DNA from: an uncultured Nitrospinota bacterium | GTDB taxonomy: Bacteria; Tectomicrobia; Entotheonellia; J063; CAVPRW01 | Direction of reading: 5' to 3' | Length of the DNA: 64,000 nucleotides | NCBI GenBank assembly: GCA_963707985.1 | Contig: CAVPRW010000045.1 | Coordinates: 1 to 64,000 of the forward strand | In this document: piece by piece, positions 9,797 through 20,576 of the stretch | How the letters are laid out: each line of letters starts with the position of its first letter | Position numbering within the stretch: the stretch's first letter is position 1 | Program-made: the position numbers and the translations under genes | The notes under the pieces: model-generated | What the model was told of the DNA's origin: nothing | The model's database searches: none | What the model saw: the letters and a program-made list of their open reading frames with translations, nothing else

Positions 9797-10385
9797 TTGC
9801 AGGTTGAGGCCCCTTCTCCCTGGGCTGGGGCTGCGGGGGAATGACTCGGCGCCAGTCACCTTCGAGGCACTCGACGTGGCCGGTGACGACCTGCTCACAG
9901 CGCATCGCCAGGGCCTCGACTGCATGTTGCAGGTGGCCTTGCCCTGGTTCAGTGTGGGCGCAGCAGCTATGGCCCACGGCCTGTGTCTGGCTGTCGTGGA
10001 AGCCACCGCAGCTCATCTGCAAGGGACCGGTTTCGCACATAGCGGCACACAGCTGCGTGATCTCCCCAACCTGTGCATGCGACTGGCCGAGATGAGCGTG
10101 GCCACGGAGCAATCCCGTGCACTCTTGGGGTACACCCTGCGCCAGCTGGCCGCTCCAGACGCCGCTACCCCGTTGTGGGTGCTGTGCATGCGTATGAGCT
10201 CCCTGCAGACCGCCCTGCAGGTGACTGATCTGGCGATGAAAGCCTGTGGCGGCGCCGCATTTTCACGTCACCTTGCCATCGAGCGCATGTTCCGGGATGC
10301 CCGTGCCGGATGGGTGATGGCGCCAACTGTAGATCACCTGGCCGATTTCTTGGGGCGGGCGCTGACCGGATTACCCTTGTTCTGA
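9797..10385 (+). pseudogene. acyl-CoA dehydrogenase, C-terminal half only
   Basis: GLGLRGNDSAPVTF and CGGAAFSRHLAIERMFRDARAG motifs; no N-terminal domain upstream. Confidence 0.8.
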
Positions 10386-10443
10386 GACGGATCACCTGCA
10401 GGCATGCTTGACGACGGGGGGAATGTGTCAGAGGGAGGCAGCG

Positions 10444-10893
10444 ATGGAGGGCTACACCTGGACCCTACGTGTCAGCGCCAGCGAGCGCGGCCAGGCAACC
10501 GTCTTCACCCGGCAGCATCAATTCCGCGTTGGTGCACCGGTGCACTTCGATAGTGCTTACGAAGGTGTGTCAGCTCTCGAATATGTGCTGGGTGCCATTG
10601 GCGCCGACCTGGTGAACGGGCTTCAGGGCTTGGCACACAAGCGGCGAGTGGCGATCGATCAGATCGAGGCGCGAGTGGAGGGGGAGCTGAACAATCCACT
10701 CACCTATTTGGGGGTGGTTGGGGAATCCGGGCATCCCGGTCTGGGAAAAGTCCGAGTTCGCGTCTTTCTATCCTCATCTGAGGAGGAAACGGCAATCCAC
10801 CGCCTCTGGCACGAGATGCTGGCCACTTCTCCACTCGTCCACACGTTCCAGGCCGCGATTCAACTCGAACTGACGCTGCAGGTGGTGGTGTGA
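10444..10893 (+). CDS. OsmC/Ohr-fold protein lacking cysteines
   Basis: SALEYVLGAIGADL...IEARVEGELN...SPLVHTF; no Cys from the 10444 start. Confidence 0.75.
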   Translation: MEGYTWTLRVSASERGQATVFTRQHQFRVGAPVHFDSAYEGVSALEYVLGAIGADLVNGLQGLAHKRRVAIDQIEARVEGELNNPLTYLGVVGESGHPGLGKVRVRVFLSSSEEETAIHRLWHEMLATSPLVHTFQAAIQLELTLQVVV

Positions 10894-10971
10894 CGACTCG
10901 CCTGAGCTCAATGACAACAATTTTGGGTGACGCACTATAGCTTGACTGTATGGCCAGAACGGAGGTCTCTT

Positions 10972-11796
10972 GTGGAGCAGCCGATTTTAGTGGGGGCGGT
11001 GTTGTACGATCCGAAGGTGAGTGTGATCTGGGAGATCATCCGCGACTTCTTCGAGGCAAGAGGCTGCCCGATCGACGCGGTGTTCTACACCAACTACGAG
11101 TTGATGGTGCGCGCCCTGGTGCGGGGGCATATCGATATCGCCTGGAATTCCCCTCTGGCCTGGCTCGATGCCGTACGCCAGCTGGGGGGAGCCTGTCGGG
11201 CAATCGCCATGCGGGATACCGACCGCGACCGGGTGTCACACATCATCACGAAGACACAGAGTCGCGTCTCTACCGTCGAAGATTTGCGCGGCAAAATCGT
11301 CGCCGTGGGCGCCAAGGACTCCCCGCAGGCGACCCTGATTCCGCTCCGCTGGCTGCAGCGCCATGGACTGGAGCCGGAACGTGATTTCCAGGTGCGTCGT
11401 TTCGACGTGCTGGTGGGCAAGCATGGCGACCATGTCGGCGGGGAGCTGCAGGCATTCCAGTGCCTGGCCCGGGGCGAGGCCGATGCCAGCACGCTCCTGG
11501 ACCTCAATTGGCGGGGCTGGACCCGCAACGGCACCATCGACTCACAGGCGTATCACATTCTGACGACCACCGCCCCGTTTGACCACTGCTGCTTCACCGT
11601 GCACGCCGACTTTCCTCGGGAGCGGGAGCAGCGGTTCGTCCAGGTACTCTTCGCGATGCAATACGATGATCCCAAGCACCGTGAAATGATGGACATGGAA
11701 GGGTTGAAAGCCTGGGTGCCTGGCCGCACGAGCGGCTACGCCCTGCTGCAAGAAGCGGTGACCAGTCAGCACGTGTTCGACGAGCCTGCCAGTTAA
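10972..11796 (+). CDS. PhnD/SsuA-like binding-fold protein without signal peptide
   Basis: IDIAWNSPLAW, VEDLRGKIVAVGAKDSPQATLIP; GTG start after GGAGG. Confidence 0.85.
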   Translation: MEQPILVGAVLYDPKVSVIWEIIRDFFEARGCPIDAVFYTNYELMVRALVRGHIDIAWNSPLAWLDAVRQLGGACRAIAMRDTDRDRVSHIITKTQSRVSTVEDLRGKIVAVGAKDSPQATLIPLRWLQRHGLEPERDFQVRRFDVLVGKHGDHVGGELQAFQCLARGEADASTLLDLNWRGWTRNGTIDSQAYHILTTTAPFDHCCFTVHADFPREREQRFVQVLFAMQYDDPKHREMMDMEGLKAWVPGRTSGYALLQEAVTSQHVFDEPAS

Positions 11797-11897
11797 CGGC
11801 GAGCATCATCTGTGTCAACTGGCCTTCCAGAGGATACTCTATTTCTAAACATGCGCGCGGCGGGTAGGCGACAGAATTGGCAGAAAGGGAGGGTGCA

Positions 11898-12590
11898 GTG
11901 CAACGACACCTGTTACAATCTATGGCCTATGCGATCATGCTCCTCATCATCAACGCTGCTGTGATCGAGGCTCAGCAGAAACTCGATGCGGGGCCGATCA
12001 CGGTGGGCATCTTGTTGCTGAATAAACCCTTTATTACCGAGTTCTCCGGCCCGCTTGATGTCTACCATCACGTGCCGACCGAAAAGATCAAGGTCTTCAT
12101 CGTGTCGGACACCGATGCGGAGCAGGTGACGTATGAGGGCATGCCGTTTCGCGCCAATTATACCATCGATAACGCACCGAAGATCGATGTGTTGGTTGTG
12201 CCGAGCGGAGCGGGGAGTCTCGGTGAAGATCAGCAAAATGCCCGCGTGATCAATTGGATCAAGAAGGCCGCCAGCGAAGCGAAATTCATTACTTCTCACT
12301 GTCAAGGGGCATTTTTATTGGGCAAGGCTGGCCTGCTCGACAATAAGCAGGCGACGACCTTCACGGCCAACACCGAGGATTTGCAAAAGCAATATCCGGC
12401 ATGTCGAGTACAGGCCGATCGGCGTGTGGTCGTCGATGGGAATCTGGTTACGTCTCCAGGCGGCCTGGCCAGTTACGAAGCCGCGTTATATGTCGTAGAG
12501 CAGCTGTTCGGAAAGGATCAAGCGCTGAGCATCGCATCGGCGTTGATCTTTGGCCCAAGCAACATCGAAGCCGCTCTTCCCTCCAGGTAG
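11898..12590 (+). CDS. DJ-1/PfpI family protein, probable signal peptide
   Basis: EFSGPLDV, IDVLVVPSG, nucleophile in TSHCQGAFLL; hydrophobic N-terminus. Confidence 0.88.
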   Translation: MQRHLLQSMAYAIMLLIINAAVIEAQQKLDAGPITVGILLLNKPFITEFSGPLDVYHHVPTEKIKVFIVSDTDAEQVTYEGMPFRANYTIDNAPKIDVLVVPSGAGSLGEDQQNARVINWIKKAASEAKFITSHCQGAFLLGKAGLLDNKQATTFTANTEDLQKQYPACRVQADRRVVVDGNLVTSPGGLASYEAALYVVEQLFGKDQALSIASALIFGPSNIEAALPSR

Positions 12591-12597
12591 GCTCTTC

Positions 12598-12685
12598 CAG
12601 GCGGGCACCCGCACGATCGCGGACCACGATCGTCACGGCAGGATGGGCCTGCAGCCACCTCATCAACGGCTCCGGTGTCGTGTGA
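12598..12685 (-). mobile_element. ISL3 transposase remnant
   Basis: reads WLQAHPAVTIVVRDRAG, like the ISL3 WLxxHPxVxxxxRDR segment. Confidence 0.6.
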
Positions 12686-12778
12686 GTTCCACGCTCTACT
12701 GCAGCCCAGACACGGTACAGTGGCACGGTCCAACGTCTCTCTAAGCAACTGAATCTTCTCGTGGGTGAGGCTGTTGAC

Positions 12779-14110
12779 ATGGCAAATGTTTGGGCCAAGA
12801 AGGCAGGAAGTCGGCTACTACTTAGCTTACCCCCTGCCCTGCACTACCCAGCGTATCGAGCCTTCTGGTGTGGCCTTCTGGCCTCGGTCAGCGGCTTCCA
12901 AATGTTGCGCTTCAGCCAATACTGGCTGATCTACCAGCTGACGGGTTCCCCCCTGGCCCTGGGATATATGGGCATCGCCAGTGGTATCCCAGCCATTTGC
13001 CTGAACCTGTTTGGTGGGGTTTTTGCCGATACCATCGATCAACGTCGCTTGATCATGACCACCCAGAGCCTCACGGCTGGTCTCATCTTCTTGCTCGGGA
13101 CTCTCACCCTCTTCGATGCTGTCCAGGTATGGCACATCCTGGTCATCGCTTTTTGCGCAGGAGCGGTTGAAGCGTTCGACCAACCGGCCCGCCAGGCCCT
13201 CTATCCACATCTGATCGATCGCCGGGTCATGCTCAGCGCCGTGGCCTTGAACTCCTCCATTTGGCAGGGGACACGCATCATCGCACCGGCGGTGGCTGGC
13301 TTCATCATTGCTTGGGCTGGGAACGCGGCGGCCTTCTTCGTAGCCGGCCTGGGGTTTCTCATCATGGCCGGCGTGATGTATGGCCTCAAGGTGCCGCGGA
13401 TGACCAGGAGAGTGCGGGGTGGGACCGCCCATGACATTCTGGAAGGTCTGCAGTTCATCAGACGAAACTCGCTGTTCGCTTTCCTCATCGCCATGAGTTT
13501 TTTTCATAGTTTCTTCGGGATGGCGTATATCACGCTGATGCCGGTGCTTGCCGTCAACATCTTGCACGTCGGCGCTAAGGGGCAAGGGCTGCTGATGGGC
13601 ATGGGTGGTGTCGGATCGTTACTGACCACTCTGTGGTGGGGCGTCAGGAGCGACCTGGGATCCAGGGGCTGGCGCATCATCGGTGGGGGTGTCATGAGTG
13701 GCCTGTCCGTGGCCGCCTTGGGGCTGACCTCTGCCTTCGTTGGCTCGTTCGAATTGGCTCTGGCCACCATGTTTGTCATTGGCATCTGCAATATCACCTA
13801 CACCACCTCGATCCAGAGCTCTCTGCAGATGCTGGTCCCAGACAACATGCGCGGACGCGTCATGGGTTTTTATGGCATGACCCATAACCTCATGCCCCTT
13901 GGGGGAATGCTGGCGGGTGCCCTGGCTAGTGTTATCACCGCACCCTTTGCCATTGTCGCCGGTGGACTGGCTGTCGCCGCTTTTGTTGTAGGACCAGTCC
14001 TGCTGAATGGGGAAATCCGTCATCTGGGTGCACGTCTGCAGCAGATTGAAACAGACACGGCCAGCGGCGCTCCCAGACTGCGCTCTTCTCGTTCCACTGC
14101 AGGCGACTGA
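12779..14110 (+). CDS. MFS transporter
   Basis: about 12 hydrophobic segments, GGVFADTIDQRR motif A, VPDNMRGRVMG. Confidence 0.92.
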   Translation: MANVWAKKAGSRLLLSLPPALHYPAYRAFWCGLLASVSGFQMLRFSQYWLIYQLTGSPLALGYMGIASGIPAICLNLFGGVFADTIDQRRLIMTTQSLTAGLIFLLGTLTLFDAVQVWHILVIAFCAGAVEAFDQPARQALYPHLIDRRVMLSAVALNSSIWQGTRIIAPAVAGFIIAWAGNAAAFFVAGLGFLIMAGVMYGLKVPRMTRRVRGGTAHDILEGLQFIRRNSLFAFLIAMSFFHSFFGMAYITLMPVLAVNILHVGAKGQGLLMGMGGVGSLLTTLWWGVRSDLGSRGWRIIGGGVMSGLSVAALGLTSAFVGSFELALATMFVIGICNITYTTSIQSSLQMLVPDNMRGRVMGFYGMTHNLMPLGGMLAGALASVITAPFAIVAGGLAVAAFVVGPVLLNGEIRHLGARLQQIETDTASGAPRLRSSRSTAGD

Positions 14111-15282
14111 ACGACGCTCATGTGTAACGACATTGGTGCGGCCAATGCCGGGTCGTATGGACGCTCGCCAACCGTTTGGAGTATATGGGCATCTTCGACT
14201 GCCCAGTGTGCCACTACCCGGTCGCCCATATGTACCTGCAAGGGAAAGAAGGCACGATCGGATACGTGTGCGATCACGTCTTCGTGCCCGGATCGATGAA
14301 CGGTTACCTTCACGTATGAACCCTGATACTCGATCGCTTGTACCGTACCGCAAACCGTGTTGGGTTCAATAGCAGTAGAGGCCGAGCCCTGCAAAGCGTT
14401 GGTCAGCTCGATGCGATCCCTCCGAACAGCGAACCAGAGGACCGTCGCCTCAGCTGCTGAATTCGGCTGCATCGGTACGGCATATGGCTCACCGCTGTCG
14501 CTCACCAGCCTGGCGCTGCCATTGGCTGGCGCGACCACCTTGCCGCTGAACACGTTATGTCCACCCATGAAGCGAGCCACATAGGCGCTGCGCGGCTGTG
14601 TATAGATCTCCTGCGCCGTTCCCGCCTGCTCGATGCGGCCATGCGTCATGACCACGACCATGTCAGCCACGGCAATGGCCTCGAGCTGGGTGTGGGTGAC
14701 GTGCACGAAGGTGATGCCCAGCTCCTGTTGCATGCGTCGCAGCTCCCCGCGCATCTGTAGGCGTAAGAACTCGTCGAGGGCGGACAGCGGCTCATCGAGC
14801 AAGAGTACACGGGGGTTGGCGATCAGCGCCCGCGCCAGGGCCACCCGCTGCTGCTGGCCTCCCGACAGCTGCGCCGGCAAGCGCTCCGCAAAGCTGTCCA
14901 TCTGTACCTGCGTCAGCAGGTCATGCGCTCGTCGTCGCCGTTCGTCCTTGCTAATCCCACGCATTTTAAGGGTGAAAGCGACATTCTCCAGCACGCTGAG
15001 ATGCGGGAACAGGGCATAATGCTGGAACATCATGGCCGTGCCACGACGTACCGGCGGAAAACCCAGCACGCTCTCACCACCAATCCGGACTTCACCCGTG
15101 GTCGGGGTCTCATGCCCGGCCATCAGGCGCAGCAGCGTCGTCTTGCCGCAACCACTTGGGCCGAGTAGGCAGCAATAACTGCCGTGTGGCACATGCAAGT
15201 TGATCCCCTCAACGGCCAGTGTCTGGCCGAATCGCTTGGTCACGTTGATGAGCTCGAGGTCGCCGACCGGCGTCATGGGCAA
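14020..15282 (-). CDS. PotA-like ABC transporter ATP-binding protein
   Basis: GPSGCGKTT, LSGGQQQRVALARAL, LLLDEP, TOBE-like tail; 3' end overlaps the MFS gene so the true stop may be earlier. Confidence 0.92.
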   Translation of the reverse strand: MPMTPVGDLELINVTKRFGQTLAVEGINLHVPHGSYCCLLGPSGCGKTTLLRLMAGHETPTTGEVRIGGESVLGFPPVRRGTAMMFQHYALFPHLSVLENVAFTLKMRGISKDERRRRAHDLLTQVQMDSFAERLPAQLSGGQQQRVALARALIANPRVLLLDEPLSALDEFLRLQMRGELRRMQQELGITFVHVTHTQLEAIAVADMVVVMTHGRIEQAGTAQEIYTQPRSAYVARFMGGHNVFSGKVVAPANGSARLVSDSGEPYAVPMQPNSAAEATVLWFAVRRDRIELTNALQGSASTAIEPNTVCGTVQAIEYQGSYVKVTVHRSGHEDVIAHVSDRAFFPLQVHMGDRVVAHWAVEDAHILQTVGERPYDPALAAPMSLHMSVVQSPAVEREERSLGAPLAVSVSICCRRAPR

Positions 15283-15309
15283 GGGCTCTCCTCTTCATGG
15301 AGACTGGGG

Positions 15310-16162
15310 TCAATTTCCTACCTGTGCATGCAGGCTCCGGCGCATCCGCCGGCGTTGGATCAGGGCCACCGACGACAGCGCCAGCGTGATGACCAGAAAC
15401 GACACCGCAGTGGTGAGGGTCCCCAGGGCATAAAGCGCTGGCGAGGTCACATTGGTCGTCATGGCCCAGATTTCCAGCGGCAGGGTGTTGCGTGGGCCAA
15501 CCGTCAGCAGGGAGCGCGCAAACTCGTCATAGGACAACGTGAATCCGAACAGCGCTACGCCTATTATCCCTGGCAGCAAGATCGGCAGGACCACGTGTCT
15601 GAGTGCCTGCCATGGAGATGCCCCAAGGTCGCGCGCGGCTTCCTCATAGAAAGAGGTTGAAGCGACTAAACACCGCAAACATGATCAGCAACCCAAACGG
15701 TAAGGTCCAGGTCAATTGGGCCCCTAGGGCCGACGTGTACCAGTCTGGTTGGATCCCCAGGAGCTGACCCATCAGGCCGATGCCTAACCCGACGAGCAAT
15801 CCTGGCATCACCAGGCTGGCAATGGCCAAATAGAACACCAGGGTAGCGCCGACGAAGCGGCGGCGAAAGGCTAACCCTGCCATCACGGCCATGACCACAG
15901 TCAGGACCAGCACCAGTAACGCCAGCGTCAGGGAGCGCAGGAATGCTCCTGCCACATCACCGGTGCGCTGTTGGGCGAAGAGAGCGGCGAACCAGTGCAG
16001 TGATGCGCCACGCATCGGGAAGGTCAGACCACCAGTCGGGCCCTGAAATGACAAGAGATAAATAGCCAACATGGGACCATACAAAAACACCACAAACAGC
16101 GTAAAGCCGGCCGCCAGAGCGTAAAACGTCCAGGGACGTGGGCCAGCCCCCTGCGGCTGCAT
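15310..16162 (-). CDS. PotC-like ABC permease, frameshifted near 15650
   Basis: N-part in ORF 15644-17044 from MQPQGAGPRPW; C-part with EAA loop (YEEAARDLGAS) in another frame. Confidence 0.85.
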
Positions 16163-17044
16163 CACCGTGGCTCCCCCCTGTCCTGAAAGCTCCCTCTGCA
16201 CGTCGACCAGGTGCAGAATCGCCGCCACCATCACCGTGACAATGAACATCAAAATCACCGCGCTCGCCGCCGCTGGGGGATATTGCAAGAGTGCGATCTC
16301 ATTCGACATTGCCAGCACGACCGAGGCGCTCTGGCCGCCACTCATGATCTTCACCACAAAGAAATCACCCATCACCAGGGTGACCACAAAAATGGAGCCC
16401 AGCGCGATGCCGGACTTCGACAGTGGCAGCACCACCTCCCAGATCACCCGCCAGGAGTTGGCGCCCGCATCCACGGCTGCCTCAATCACGGCCGGATCGA
16501 TACGGGCCATGGCGTTGACGATGGGCACGATCATGAACAGTGTCAACAAGTGTACGTAAGCGATCACCACCGCCACATCCGAAAACAACAGAAACTCTAG
16601 CGGCGCATCGATCAGGCCTATAGCCAGCAGGGACTGATTGAAAATCCCATTCAAGCCGAGAAACGGGATCCAGGCGATCATGCGAATAATATTCGAGGTC
16701 CAAAATGGCACCGTACACAGCAGGAACAGGGCCAAGCGCCACAGCGTCGTGCGCACATGGAAGACGAGGAAATAGGCCACCGTCCAGCCGATGAACAGTG
16801 TAAGGGCCCACACCACAGCCGCATACTGCAGAGTATTCAGGTAGAGCCTATACGTCAGACCTGAACCAAACAGCTCCAGGTAATTTCTGACGAGGAAGGC
16901 AGGATACACCGTGAAATCGTCGTAGTCGAAGAAGCTGACTGCCACGACCACAGCTAGTGGCACCCCGAGGAAGACCAGCAACACCACCGTCAGTGGCGCT
17001 ACCTGGAGATAGGGCACAAACCTCGACCAGCGGGTCATCTGCAC
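16163..17044 (-). CDS. PotB-like ABC permease, reading in frame into the next permease
   Basis: VPFWTSNIIR, IEAAVDAGA EAA loop; no stop before the next start. Confidence 0.88.
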
Positions 17045-17133
17045 GCTCCAGCGGCGACCCGCGTCACACAGCCAGCATCACACCTCGCTGGCGCGGGACG
17101 GTAGGCCGTTCCGCCAGGAATCGGGTGGGTTTG

Positions 17134-18439
17134 CTACGCCGCCAAAAACTCGTTCCACTTGCGGACCATGTGTCGGTTTTCGTCCATGACGGTGTTCCAG
17201 CAGGCGACCCGACCCATACGCTCCCAGAGCGCCCCCCCATCGCGCACATGGCCGGCAGGCTCCATGGGATGCCCGTAGGGGTCTGTGATCTCGCTGCGGG
17301 CTGGCTTCCCTTCGTACCAGTAATCCCATTCGTCCGCTGTCAAAAACTTCTTGGCGGTCGCAGGAACCGAGCTGTAGTATCCCTGCTTGGCAATGAACCC
17401 CCCCTGCCAGCCAGACAAGTACCAGTTCAGGTACTCATAGGCGGCATCCAGCTTCAGGCCCTTGACATGCCCCATCAGGCCCAGGCCGACGCCCCAGGCA
17501 CGATAGCCTTCCTGCAATGGCACGTAATGGCACGGGATGCCCCGCGCGCGCACGGCGGTGACAGCTGGCGACCACATCGACTGAATGACCACCTCGCCCG
17601 AGGCCATCAGGTTCACCGACTCATCAAATGTGGTCCAGAAGGCCCGGAAGTGACCTGCTTTCTTCAGATCGATGAGGATCTGCACCGTCTTGTCGATCTC
17701 AGCAGGCGTCATGTTGCCCTTGTCCGCATATTTCAGATCACCACGCGACTCAATCGCCATGGCGGCGTCCATGATGCCGATCGAGGGTACATCCAGCAAG
17801 GCCGCCCGGCCCTTAAACTCAGGACTGAGCAACTCGTGCCAGTGCTCGATCGGGCGCTTCACCAGATCGGGGCGCAGGCCCAGTGTGTCAGCGTTGTAGA
17901 GCGTCGGGATCGTCGTGGCCCAGCGCGTCGGACCCTGGGCAAAGCTTTTCCCTTCGAGTTGCTCCAGGTACTGGACCTTATACGGCGAAGTACCTTGCCG
18001 AGACACCGGTCGGCCGTCCGGATACTCTCCCTTGGTGAAGATCGGTACGACTTCCTCCCAGCGCGTGAAGCGCTGCAGGTCAACGCCCTGCAGCACACCG
18101 CGAGGGATAAGCTTCACCAGCATCCAATAGCTCGAGATCGGCAATATCGAGGGACTGCGGCTGGGTCGCGACGCGGTTGACGACTGCGTCAGAGGCGGCA
18201 TTCTGCATGTCAATCTTAAAGCCGAGATCCTTCGTCGCCTGGCGGGCTATATCGATGATCGCCGAGTACGAGCCCCCGACTTGGAACAAGGTAATGTCCC
18301 TTAATTTCTGCGCCCAGATGGTCGGAACACCCATCATGACTCCGGAGCCGACGATAACGCCAGCCGTCGCCGCCGCTGTCGTGAGGAATGTCCTGCGTGT
18401 GAGTAAGGGCGTCAGCTGTCCTGATGTCCCGTCTGCCAT
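17134..18439 (-). CDS. PotD/PotF-like substrate-binding protein with Tat signal, frameshifted near 18125
   Basis: TRRTFL Tat motif; YNADTLG, MASGEVVIQSMWSP; two overlapping ORFs. Confidence 0.88.
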
Positions 18440-18913
18440 TGTTGTCTCCTTGGGTGCGCATGTGTCCGGGCATCCCCTGCCTGTCGCTCACCCCGAGCGT
18501 CAGGAGGCAGGAGTTCTCTACTTGCTTCGATGGCTGCCTTGCATTCATCGACAGGCAGATGATCTCCCCGCGAACCACATCTGCCACGTCACGCTCATAG
18601 TGCGTAGGGCCTGTTGCAGGAAGGTTCGGGAGAGACGTTACCGTTCACGATCGAGAGGGTGGCTTTCCATGAGCCACTGCCCAACCGTACCCTGGGGCTC
18701 GCATGGAACGCCAGTGCAACTGCATCAGGTCCCTTCCGCTAGGAGGGGGTTACCCATGAACCAGGAACGTGGCCCTCGTGAGGTAGACACAAAGGGAAGG
18801 AAACGGAGGTATAGTGTGAAACGCGGACTGGGAGATGCAGGCAGGCATCATTGAGGTCCCCCTGGGTTGAGTCCGTAGCGCGATGGAAGTCGTCTGCTCC
18901 CCCTCATGGAGAG

Positions 18914-18955
18914 CGTCGACGAGTGTAATAAGGATGGGAAATCGTTGTCAACGAT
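18914..18955 (-). promoter_or_regulatory. sigma70-type promoter overlapped by a palindromic operator
   Basis: minus strand TTGACA (18951-18946), 18 nt, TACACT (18927-18922); palindrome ATCGTTG-T-CAACGAT at 18941-18955; CGTCGACG at 18914-18921. Confidence 0.55.
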
Positions 18956-19214
18956 AATCATCGATGGTTGCGTCGATAAACGTGATGCAGACGCAGGTTG
19001 CAGAATCAGCGCTTCCTGGCCTCGACGTTCGAACGAGCAACGCTCATACCAAGGGTTCCACAGTGTTTCACGGTACCGCGAGGCGTGTCTACCACATCGA
19101 CCGCTAACCCCTCCGACGACGCCAGACGGCTTCGGCTGTGGCCACGTGACCCTGGTCGAGGCCGTCTGGTCGGCATTCTATAGCCTGGCAGCTAGGATAG
19201 ACCCGGAACCGGCA

Positions 19215-19604
19215 CTAAACCAGTACGCCGAACCCGGACTTGGTGCATAATTCGATGCGATTGCCATCGGGATCGTTGATATAGAAGGCCTTCTGGCCGT
19301 CATTCCTGGTCTGGACCTCGGTGGGGCTCACGCCTCGCCCAATCATGTACTGATGGGCCGCCTCGATATCGTCCACCTCGAAGGCGGTATGGTGGGACGG
19401 CGCCGATGGGGCGTCGGCATTCTCGATGATGTGGACCATGGCGCCGCTGGGCAACTGGAGCCAGTACAGGTGGTCGCTATTGACCATCTTGGGGATCTGC
19501 CCCAACCCCAGGATATCCTGGTACCATTGCAGCGCCGCATCCTTGTTCTTGACGTTGTAGGTGATGTGGTTAATGTGTTTCAGACGAATGTGGTCAGGCA
19601 GCAT
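19215..19604 (-). CDS. VOC/glyoxalase family protein
   Basis: INHIT, HHTAFEVDDI, YINDPDGNRIEL. Confidence 0.92.
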   Translation of the reverse strand: MLPDHIRLKHINHITYNVKNKDAALQWYQDILGLGQIPKMVNSDHLYWLQLPSGAMVHIIENADAPSAPSHHTAFEVDDIEAAHQYMIGRGVSPTEVQTRNDGQKAFYINDPDGNRIELCTKSGFGVLV

Positions 19605-19691
19605 ACGGTCTCCTTCAGCGTAAGATGATCGACGCCATGCGCTGGAGGCATCCCCAGGCCCAGCGTCATCAACCTGTGGTTATTATGTTTA

Positions 19692-20243
19692 CTACTTTGG
19701 TAACTGGTCGCCGTCCGGCGGGGCCGGTACTTCGAAAGCGCTGACGATCCCTGACAGGGCGCCATAATACGTGGTAGCCGCCGTGAGCTCCACCAGCCAC
19801 TGCACGTCGTGTGTACGCTTGAGGGCATCGAACGTCGCCTGGTCGATTCGGTTCTTCTGAACCAATTGCTGGGCGTAAGCCACGATGTCCCGCTCATCGG
19901 CGGGGAGCTTCGCTGGGTCCCCCTTGGCGCGAATGACATCGATGGCTTCCTCGCGTACCCCGGCGCGGCGTGCCGCCCCGACCTGGGCTGCCCACACGTA
20001 GGCGCCCTCGCGCTCACGTGCGGCAACGAGGATGGCGAGGCTGCGGTCTTTGGGCGCAACCACGCTGTCGTTCGCGCGGAAGAAATTGCCTAGATTCAGC
20101 ATGCGCTGGGCGAGCTTGGGGCTATGGAGCAGCATGCTGAACGGCCCACGTATTTGCCCGAACACTTGCAGCACGCCATCGACGACATCATGGTATTCGG
20201 CAGGCACGTCGGATTTGCCAGTAATGGGGGCGACTCTTGGCAT
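19692..20243 (-). CDS. carboxymuconolactone decarboxylase/AhpD-like protein
   Basis: GPFSMLLHSP, DRSLAILVAARE, WLVELTAATTYY; GGAG RBS. Confidence 0.8.
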   Translation of the reverse strand: MPRVAPITGKSDVPAEYHDVVDGVLQVFGQIRGPFSMLLHSPKLAQRMLNLGNFFRANDSVVAPKDRSLAILVAAREREGAYVWAAQVGAARRAGVREEAIDVIRAKGDPAKLPADERDIVAYAQQLVQKNRIDQATFDALKRTHDVQWLVELTAATTYYGALSGIVSAFEVPAPPDGDQLPK

Positions 20244-20576
20244 GAGGGCTAGCTCCTTTCTCAGCGGTGATGGCTTGCGCCATCGGCAGGCGTCACATGT
20301 TCTGTCGGCACCACTGCAAGCAACGGGGGACACCCCTCGGCATGACCGGGGGACTCCCATCGTATGACCACTCCAGGAGTGACATGAGCACCCTCATCCA
20401 GGGGGTGACGCGCAACGGGCTAACCCGAGGGCGCGTGCTCCCGGAGAACGTCGACACTTTATGCTATACGACGTGGGACTGCAAGTATAAGGTGGAGTAG
20501 AGGCGGAAAGCCCATCGCCGTGTGGAGTCTGAGGTTGACCTGTGGTATCGTCACGCCAGTGGCGATGGCGATGGCG

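Noticed and set aside
14020..14110. Convergent overlap of ABC ATPase and MFS 3' ends as antisense regulation
   Set aside because: The ATPase tail looks like non-conserved run-on, plausibly from a lost stop or indel
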